A stretch of DNA of 33,933 bases from the IMG/VR virus record IMGVR_UViG_3300011102_000346, positions 1 to 33,933 of that record; one strand, written 5' to 3'. Origin of the DNA: a virus (taxonomy: Duplodnaviria > Caudoviricetes). The position numbers and the translations under genes were made by a program. Below, in pieces: positions 27,921 through 33,933 of this stretch (its first letter is position 1; each line of letters opens with the position of its first letter). Under the pieces are notes generated by a model. It ran no database searches. It saw only the letters and a list, made by a program, of their open reading frames with translations, and was not told where the DNA came from.

Positions 27921-27943
27921 ACGGCCGGAACGCTCATGCGGCG

Positions 27944-27972
27944 TTGCGTTCACCCCCGAGAGCCCCTAAGGT
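27944..27972 (+). promoter_or_regulatory. housekeeping-sigma-type promoter for hairpin array B
   Basis: TTGCGT-17nt-TAAGGT. Confidence 0.55.
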
Positions 27973-27975
27973 CTT

Positions 27976-28850
27976 GGGGGAGGGGGTTTGGGGGAGGGGG
28001 GCGAGACCGACGTCCGCTCCGCCGTGAAGCACGGCGGACGAGGTCTCGCCTGAAATAAGCACCTCGGGTCAACAAGCTCCCGGCCCCAAGCCGGGAGCGG
28101 GTTCCAGGGAAGAGACGGGCCCCAAGCCCGTCTCTTCGTGTCTCAAGGGTCAACCCCTCCCTGGCGGTCGGGGTTGACAAGGGAGCGGCCTTCCGGCCGC
28201 TCCCTTTTACGGCGACCGGAAAGTTTTCGGCAGACTCCCTGCGGTCGTCGCAAGCGTCAGCCCTTGAAGGCTGACGCGGTTGACGAGAGCCGGCCTTCGG
28301 GGCCGGCTCTCTTGGGTATCGGACTGAAACGGGTCAGACGGCGGTCGAATCCGCCGCCTGACTGATGACCCAGCGCGCAGGGTCCGTAATGGACCCTGCG
28401 CCTCAAGGTCTCGAACCGATAAAGATTCCGGTCGCCGTCAAGGGGCGACCGGAATCCCTACCCCGGGGTAACCCCAGTTACGGAAGCCCGTTAAAGGGCT
28501 TCCTGTCCGTAAACGGGAGGCCGTCCCTTACGGACGGCCTCCGAGGCTCTCGGCGGTCCCGACGCCCCTCCTTCCAGTCGGGACCGCCCTAGGGGCGGCC
28601 ACCCCTGCCAAGCTGACCTCATCTGATCGGCACTCGATGCCAAAGCCTTCCGGTCGCCTATTTCGGTCCTGCCGCATTGCAGCGGACCTAATGCTCATTA
28701 GAACGGATCGGGCACCGAGAGACGCCCGTGACTCGGGTGAGGAAAGGGTTGTCCGGGGCGCAATGCCGGAGGTACGGTCCGAGTCCGAAATGCTCCCGCA
28801 TTCGGGGAACGGGCAACGCGGGAGGGGTCGGCGCCGAGGCCGGTGCACGA
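27976..28850 (+). ncRNA. large structured non-coding region (hairpin array B)
   Basis: G5-A-G5-TTT-G5-A-G6, then at least 15 back-to-back stem-loops; G-U pairs favour + strand; no credible ORF in about 900 nt. Confidence 0.6.
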
Positions 28851-28866
28851 GAGAAGTGAGGACCTC

Positions 28867-29115
28867 ATGGCCGTGGAGAGTGAGCGGCTGCCGCTGGAGG
28901 AGGGGACGTGGGCACTGCCCCACGGCTCCTGGCTGGAGGCGTATGACGGTGCGGTAACGGTGCACCTGACGAGGTCGGAGGGAGGGGATGCGCTCCGGTG
29001 CTACACGGAGGGCCTGGAGGCCGCCCAGAAGCTCCTGAAGAGCTGGGGGCTGGACCCCGAAGCCCTGGTCAACGTGGGTTTCGATGAGGACGGAGACCTC
29101 TTCGAAGTCCGCTGA
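28867..29115 (+). CDS. hypothetical acidic protein, 82 aa
   Basis: GAGG RBS, ATG 28867, followed by a terminator. Confidence 0.7.
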   Translation: MAVESERLPLEEGTWALPHGSWLEAYDGAVTVHLTRSEGGDALRCYTEGLEAAQKLLKSWGLDPEALVNVGFDEDGDLFEVR

Positions 29116-29121
29116 CGACCG

Positions 29122-29155
29122 CGACGAAGCCCCGGCTGAGGCCGGGGCTTCGTCG
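29122..29155 (+). terminator. intrinsic terminator
   Basis: CGACGAAGCCCCGGC-tgag-GCCGGGGCTTCGTCG. Confidence 0.75.
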
Positions 29156-29163
29156 TCTCCGGG

Positions 29164-29239
29164 ACCGATCGATAACGGATTGATAACAAGACTTGTCGAT
29201 CGTTTGTGACGGTCGACAAGCGCGTCTACTGTCTAGGGC
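29164..29239 (+). promoter_or_regulatory. leaderless early promoter with tandem GATAAC boxes
   Basis: GATCGATAACG GATTGATAAC-16nt-TTGTGA-17nt-TACTGT-7nt-ATG(29240). Confidence 0.65.
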
Positions 29240-30142
29240 ATGCCCCAAGCGACGACGACGGAGCAGGTGGCGGCCGACATGCCGCCGGCCCTGCTCAGGA
29301 CCTCCCACAGCGCTCTGAGCGACTTCCTGGACTGTCCGGAGAAGTTCCGGCAGTCCCGGATTCTCCGGCGCCCCGAGACGCCGGCCTGGTGGTCCGTGGG
29401 CGGTACCGCGGTGCACTCCGCGACCGAGGAGTTCGACCGCTGGTACCTGACGGCGCCCTCGAGGGAGGCCGTCGAAGGCTTCCCGTGGGAAGGGTGCTTC
29501 AAGGGGTTCTTCGATCGCCAGATCAAGGAGACCCAGGAGGAGACCGGCGTCCCCACCTCCGAATGGAGGGCGGCCGGGGGGAAGTCCACCAGGAAGCCCA
29601 CGGAGGACGAGGCGTTCTGGCGGGCCAACGGCCCGCAGTACGCCAGGAACTGGGCTCTGTGGCGCTCTCAGAATCCCCAGTGGTCCGTCTGGACCACACC
29701 TGACGGCGAGCCGGCGATCGAGCTGGAATTCAACATCGCCGACTTCGGCGGCGTGGGCCTGAAGGCCGTCATCGACCGGGTGATGGTCAACACCGCGGAA
29801 GAGCTCGCGGTGCACGACCTGAAGGCGGGCTCCAGCACGCCGGACCTGCTGGACCAGCATCTGATCTACGCGGGCTGCATGGAGCTGAAGTACGGCATCC
29901 GTCCCCCACTTGGGGCGTTCTTCAACTGCCGCAAGGGCGGCCCCGTGTACATGGAGCGCCTGGATGTGGAGCACGTCACGGACACCATGGAGCGGGTCTC
30001 CACCTTCATCACCCAGGCTCAGGCCGGCGAGTACCTCGCCCGCCCGGGCGAACGGTGCGCCTACCGGTGCGGCTATGCCCAGTACTGCTCCGCGGCTAGG
30101 AGGCTGACCAGCTTCTGGCGCCAGAAGGCGGGGCTTCAGTGA
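29240..30142 (+). CDS. Cas4/RecB-like PD-(D/E)XK exonuclease
   Basis: SHS..LDCP, GTAVH, IELEF, IDRV, DLKAG, Q..IY and C-terminal CxxxCxxxxxC. Confidence 0.88.
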   Translation: MPQATTTEQVAADMPPALLRTSHSALSDFLDCPEKFRQSRILRRPETPAWWSVGGTAVHSATEEFDRWYLTAPSREAVEGFPWEGCFKGFFDRQIKETQEETGVPTSEWRAAGGKSTRKPTEDEAFWRANGPQYARNWALWRSQNPQWSVWTTPDGEPAIELEFNIADFGGVGLKAVIDRVMVNTAEELAVHDLKAGSSTPDLLDQHLIYAGCMELKYGIRPPLGAFFNCRKGGPVYMERLDVEHVTDTMERVSTFITQAQAGEYLARPGERCAYRCGYAQYCSAARRLTSFWRQKAGLQ

Positions 30143-30405
30143 CCGCCCCGTCAGGCTGTCGCTGGTGCGGCTTCGGGGAGCGGGAGCACTCCCAGCGCTG
30201 GGTGCGGCAGGTCGGGTGGCATGCCTACGCCCGCCCGACCGACGAGCAGGTCAAGGCGCGGATGCAGTGGAGGCGGGCACTCAAGGAGGCCCGCCGCTGG
30301 AGAGAGAAGAAGGCGAATGGGCGAGTTGAAGAAGACCCGGAAGCACGTCGCCGAGATGTGGAGTCGAATTGGCGGCGGAAGCTACCTGAGGTGCAGGTGT
30401 GGTGA
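30139..30405 (+). CDS. conserved hypothetical phage protein (CxxC/H/H)
   Basis: GCRWCG...H.QRW....GWH....PTDEQVKARM; GTGA overlap. Confidence 0.7.
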   Translation: MTAPSGCRWCGFGEREHSQRWVRQVGWHAYARPTDEQVKARMQWRRALKEARRWREKKANGRVEEDPEARRRDVESNWRRKLPEVQVW

Positions 30406-30850
30406 GTGGGTCTCCGACATCACGCAGACCATGAAGGAGCAGCGCGCGGCGCACCGTGCGCACCGCATCGAGAACGGCGAGTACGTCAAGCCCCTGGCGC
30501 CCACGAAGGTGGAGCGCCTCGAACGCGAGGTTGAGCGGTTGCAGGCTCTGGCGACATCGTCCTTCACAGCAGCCCAGGAGAAGGATGCCGAGATCGCCGC
30601 TCTCCAACAGCGGATCTACGACCTCTCCGACGAACTGACCCGAGCCCAGAGCAACGCCGACTACCAGGAGCAGCGTGCCGAGAGGGTCGAAACTGAACTC
30701 CGCGCGGTCGACGAGGAGTGCCTTCGACTCCACCGGGAGCATGAGCGCCTCAAGCACAAGCTCCAGAAGATCCACGAAGTGGCGAGCCGGCCCCTGATGA
30801 GCGACCGCGAGGCCCGAGGCCGTGTCGTCGGGATCCTCAACGAGCCATGA
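30317..30850 (+). CDS. coiled-coil protein with N-terminal CxC..HxxH motif
   Basis: MGELKKTRKH...CRCG...HRAH then long heptad region; overlaps upstream gene by 89 nt. Confidence 0.7.
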   Translation: MGELKKTRKHVAEMWSRIGGGSYLRCRCGEWVSDITQTMKEQRAAHRAHRIENGEYVKPLAPTKVERLEREVERLQALATSSFTAAQEKDAEIAALQQRIYDLSDELTRAQSNADYQEQRAERVETELRAVDEECLRLHREHERLKHKLQKIHEVASRPLMSDREARGRVVGILNEP

Positions 30851-30969
30851 CCCCCAAGAGGCGGTTCCCCCATGGGGGGGACGACCGCAACGAGCAGATG
30901 GCCAGGGTCGTCCTGGCCATCGTCTTCATCGGATTGACCCTAGGGATGGTGCTCATGTGGTGGACCTGA
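30847..30969 (+). CDS. small membrane protein, 40 aa
   Basis: MTPKRRFPHGGDDRNEQMARVVLAIVFIGLTLGMVLMWWT; ATGA overlap. Confidence 0.6.
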   Translation: MTPKRRFPHGGDDRNEQMARVVLAIVFIGLTLGMVLMWWT

Positions 30970-31034
30970 CCGTTCTGTTCGCTCTTCCGGCCCTGTCGGC
31001 CCTTTTCCTCTACCTCGCAATCAAGGAGTCCTGA
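30960..31034 (+). CDS. tiny membrane peptide, 24 aa
   Basis: MDLTVLFALPALSALFLYLAIKES; abuts next start codon. Confidence 0.4.
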   Translation: MDLTVLFALPALSALFLYLAIKES

Positions 31035-31649
31035 GTGGAAATCCAGTTCGCCACCGTCATCCGGGGCGGCAATGACAAGCCCCAGGTGGTCGTCCGCATC
31101 CACGGCCCCGGGGAGGTGGACCAGGCCGCGTCCATCCTCAATGAGGCGTCGGAGAAGCTGCCCGCCCTCATGGCGGGCCTGGTCTCCGCCCTGGAGAACA
31201 CCGGCGCCCCCGGCGCCGCGGTGGCCGCTCTCCAGAAGGCGGGTCTCAACCCGCAGGTGGTGCCCGCCCCTCCCTCCCAGGAGGCCCCGGCTCCGCAGTC
31301 CCAGAACGCCTACCAGGCCTTGAACGACCAGCAGGCCGCCCCGCCGGCCTGGTCCGGGCAGCAGGCTCCCCAGCAGCCCCAGGCGCCCGCTCCGCAGGGG
31401 CAGGACATCGCCCTGCCCCCCGGCCCGTGCCCCTTCTGCAAGAAGAACCCCATCTGCCCGGACTGCAACGGCGCGACCCTCCTGGGCGTCATCAACGCCC
31501 GCGGAGGCAGGAAGCTCAACAAGCACAAGTGCTCCACCTACGGGCACAGGGGCGTGATGTGCCAGACCCCCATCTGGCGGAGCAGGCAGGCCGCGGCGGC
31601 GCCGGTGTTCGGCGGCCGACTGCCTGACGGCCTGGTCTACGAGCAGTAA
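31035..31649 (+). CDS. protein with P/Q/A linker and C-terminal Zn-finger-like Cys cluster (possible replication/ssDNA-associated)
   Basis: CPFC, CPDC, C..H...C; sits between nuclease and helicase-like genes; AAGGAG RBS. Confidence 0.65.
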   Translation: MEIQFATVIRGGNDKPQVVVRIHGPGEVDQAASILNEASEKLPALMAGLVSALENTGAPGAAVAALQKAGLNPQVVPAPPSQEAPAPQSQNAYQALNDQQAAPPAWSGQQAPQQPQAPAPQGQDIALPPGPCPFCKKNPICPDCNGATLLGVINARGGRKLNKHKCSTYGHRGVMCQTPIWRSRQAAAAPVFGGRLPDGLVYEQ

Positions 31650-31652
31650 GAC

Positions 31653-32483
31653 GTGCTTCCCGCGTTCAGATCCCTGGACCGGGTCATGTCGGGGGAGCCC
31701 CTGCCGGGGGTGCTGGACACGCTCGTACAGGCGGATATCCGCTTCCACCGGGGGGAGTTGGCGATGATCGCCGCCCCCCCGGGTGGGGGCAAGTCCACCC
31801 TCGCCCTGACGCTCGCGGTCCGGATGCAGGTCCCCTGCCTGTACGTGCTGTGCGACATGGGACCGCACAACTCCACGGTGAAGATCGGCTCGATCCTCAC
31901 CGGCAAGTCCAATGACGAAGTTCGGGGGTGGGAGAAGGGATACCTGCGCGATGTCATCGCAAGAGGAGCTCCGCACCTGGGGCTCGCCCACGAGTCCGGA
32001 CCGACCCTCGCCGACCTGGACGAGATGGTTCAAGCGGCGATCGAGGTACGTGGGGCGCCACCGGCGGCCCTGTGGCTGGACAACCTCAAGGACCTGAGCG
32101 GCATCCCCGGGGAGCGCCACCAGCGCGACCAGGAGGCCGCGAACATCCTCAAACAGCTCGCGAGCCGCTACCAGATGGCGGTGATCGCCCTGGCTCACAC
32201 CAAGGTCCCGACAGGCAACCGGGTGGGCCGCCCCCAGTCCATGGACGAGATCAAGGGCCAGGTGAGCGAGGACCCCCGGGTCATCGTCACCGTGGCCACT
32301 GACGCGGACGCCGGCGTTCTGCGCCTGGCGGCCGTGAAGAACACCCACGGCAAGCCCTCTCCGGACGCCTCGGAGGTCCGCGAGCTGCTGTGGGACGGAC
32401 CCTCGGGGGTCCTCAAGGACAAGCCGCTGTACACCCCCAGCCCCCGCGCGTGGGGCTGGAACTACCAGAGAGAAGACGACTAG
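31653..32483 (+). CDS. DnaB/RecA-like ATPase (helicase)
   Basis: Walker A APPGGGKST, Walker B LWLDNL, IALAH, VKNTHGK. Confidence 0.85.
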   Translation: MLPAFRSLDRVMSGEPLPGVLDTLVQADIRFHRGELAMIAAPPGGGKSTLALTLAVRMQVPCLYVLCDMGPHNSTVKIGSILTGKSNDEVRGWEKGYLRDVIARGAPHLGLAHESGPTLADLDEMVQAAIEVRGAPPAALWLDNLKDLSGIPGERHQRDQEAANILKQLASRYQMAVIALAHTKVPTGNRVGRPQSMDEIKGQVSEDPRVIVTVATDADAGVLRLAAVKNTHGKPSPDASEVRELLWDGPSGVLKDKPLYTPSPRAWGWNYQREDD

Positions 32484-32702
32484 ATGAACGAGCGTCCGAT
32501 GGACATCCGCCAGGATCTCGATGACCTGGCGGACCGCGCCCGAGAGACGGAGTCGATCCTGGCCTCTCACAGGGAGCGCATGGACAAGCTCACGGACCGC
32601 CTCTGGGAGGTGGAGCGCACCCTGAAGGGGCGGATCTTCCTCCTGGAGCTGGACGTCAAGGAGCTGAAGGACCTGCCCAAGAAGCCCGATACCGAGTCCT
32701 GA
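32484..32702 (+). CDS. small coiled-coil hypothetical protein
   Basis: 72 aa, heptad pattern, abuts helicase stop. Confidence 0.7.
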   Translation: MNERPMDIRQDLDDLADRARETESILASHRERMDKLTDRLWEVERTLKGRIFLLELDVKELKDLPKKPDTES

Positions 32703-32724
32703 CCCGCAAGAAACAGAATCCCCC

Positions 32725-32754
32725 GGCCCCCTGGGACGGGTATTCCCAGGGGGC
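32725..32754 (+). terminator. hairpin, possible weak terminator
   Basis: CCCCTGGGA-cgggtat-TCCCAGGGG. Confidence 0.4.
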
Positions 32755-32776
32755 CTTGCCATCCCCAGGAGGGGAC

Positions 32777-33004
32777 ATGAGCAGTACCACCCGAACCCTG
32801 TTCTTCACGGTCGGCATCGCCGACCACGAGAAGTGGACTCCCGAGCACAAGGCCGCCTGCGCGGCGGCCATGGGGCGCGACCCCGAGGAGCTGTGGACCC
32901 CTGACGACTGGGTGACCCGCGAGCTCTCCGAGGCCATGAGGACCGCCGGCGAGAAGTTCATCGCCGAGCACCCCGACCTCTTCAAAGGCAAGGAGATCGT
33001 GTGA
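32777..33004 (+). CDS. hypothetical protein, 75 aa
   Basis: AGGAGG RBS; MSSTTRTLFFTVGIADHEKW... Confidence 0.7.
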   Translation: MSSTTRTLFFTVGIADHEKWTPEHKAACAAAMGRDPEELWTPDDWVTRELSEAMRTAGEKFIAEHPDLFKGKEIV

Positions 33005-33186
33005 TGGACCACCAGCGCAAGACGGCCCTCCTTGCCGAAGTCGGCTGGAGCGACTTCTGGAGCAAGACCACCGAGGAGAATTTGGACGGCTTGATCTCCG
33101 AGCTGATCGAGCTTGGGGTGGAGCCGGACACCGCTATCCGCATCATCGGCGCAGCAGTGGCGAGCACGGCAAACGAGTTCGTGTAA
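33001..33186 (+). CDS. hypothetical protein, about 61 aa
   Basis: AAGGAG RBS, overlaps both neighbours. Confidence 0.65.
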   Translation: MMDHQRKTALLAEVGWSDFWSKTTEENLDGLISELIELGVEPDTAIRIIGAAVASTANEFV

Positions 33187-33611
33187 TGGCCACTGCCAAG
33201 CGCAAGCAGTGCAAGCGGTGCCTCAAGAACCGGGACCTGAAGTTCTTCACAGGCCCCAGGGGGAGGTTCTGCTCGGACTGCCGCAGGAGGAGGCGGAGCG
33301 CCTCCGCCCACGACCGCAGGGTCTCGGAGACCTACGGCCTTCGGCCGGGGGAGTACGAGGTTCTCTTCGCCGCCCAGGGCGGGGTGTGCGCCATCTGCAA
33401 GGAGAGCCGCAGGGAGCGGCTCTCTGTGGACCACGACCACAAGACGGGAGTGGTCCGGGGCCTGCTCTGCCGCAGGTGCAACAACTACCTGTTGGCCAAG
33501 GGGGCCAAGGACCGCCCCGAGGTCCTCAGGGCCGCGGCCGAGTACCTGGACCACCCGCCGGCGGTGCAGGTCCTGGGCGTCCGGTACGCGAAGGACTCCA
33601 AGGACCTTTAG
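33186..33611 (+). CDS. recombination endonuclease VII
   Basis: YGL...Y..L...QGGVCAIC, LSVDHDH.TG.VRGLLC..CN. Confidence 0.92.
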   Translation: MATAKRKQCKRCLKNRDLKFFTGPRGRFCSDCRRRRRSASAHDRRVSETYGLRPGEYEVLFAAQGGVCAICKESRRERLSVDHDHKTGVVRGLLCRRCNNYLLAKGAKDRPEVLRAAAEYLDHPPAVQVLGVRYAKDSKDL

Positions 33612-33650
33612 CAGGTCCGTTCTCAACGTTAGGCAAGCTTGCGAGGTGTC

Positions 33651-33933
33651 ATGAACGTCAACGTCAACTACGACCCGATGGCCGGGTCCGAACAGGTCAA
33701 GAGGACCTGCCCCGAGTGCGAGACGGTCCACTTCATCACCGTCGACAAGGAGGGCTACGCCCGCTGGAAGGCGGGCGAGCTGCTCCAGAACGCAGAACGC
33801 ACTGCCGGACCTGTCCGCGGACGACCGGGAGACGCTCCTCACGGGCATCTGCCCGCCCTGCTGGGACCGTCTCCTGCCCCCAGAGGAGGGCGAAGAGGAG
33901 TACCCCGCCGACGAAGACGGCCCGGTGAAGTGC
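33651..33933 (+). pseudogene. CxxC...CxxC phage protein broken by a 7-bp duplication (3' end outside window)
   Basis: removing one CAGAACG (33786-33799) restores ...CPEC...WKAGELLQNALPDLSADDRETLLTGICPPCWD... Confidence 0.7.

Noticed and set aside
28332-28363. tRNA T-arm-like GGCGG-TCGAAT-CCGCC
   Set aside because: 6-nt loop and no cloverleaf or acceptor stem; I found no tRNA in the window
28314-28372. Hammerhead ribozyme (GAAAC..GTC..CTGATGA present)
   Set aside because: Stems I and II do not close correctly around the core; GTCAG pairs with CTGAC in a simple hairpin
28738-28760. RNase P-like GAGGAAAG..GTCCGG
   Set aside because: Extra bases interrupt the motif and the complementary 3' P4 strand is absent
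27950-28965. ORF-track frames across array B
   Set aside because: No RBS, R/P/G/S-rich translations, and the sequence is explained by stem symmetry
27976-30142. CRISPR array plus Cas4
   Set aside because: Hairpins are not sequence repeats with spacers; solo Cas4-like nucleases are ordinary phage recombination genes; no cas1/cas2

Overview
GC-rich (actinobacterial-type) tailed phage segment. From 2.5 to 23.6 kb it carries a podovirus-like morphogenesis module with no tape measure, tube or sheath genes: HTH-fused large terminase, portal, five probable internal/ejection proteins (one of 1766 aa, one transglycosylase-like plus NlpC/P60), scaffold, N4-gp56-like major capsid, and tail adaptor/fibre/nozzle-like genes. 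A lysis region (23.6-25.7 kb) follows, then a Xer-like tyrosine recombinase divergent from a repressor resembling mycobacteriophage cluster A / Streptomyces BD immunity repressors, and an early DNA-metabolism operon (Cas4/RecB-like nuclease, DnaB-like ATPase, endonuclease VII). Small leftward genes fill 1-1.3 kb. The most unusual signals are non-coding: two hairpin arrays (2.0-2.46 kb and 27.95-28.86 kb) that open with the same four-G-tract leader, a symmetric dif-like site at 1578-1605, a promoter class with a GATAAC box fixed 16 nt upstream of -35, and a structured leader before the scaffold gene. Protein calls come from motif recognition only; no database searches were run.
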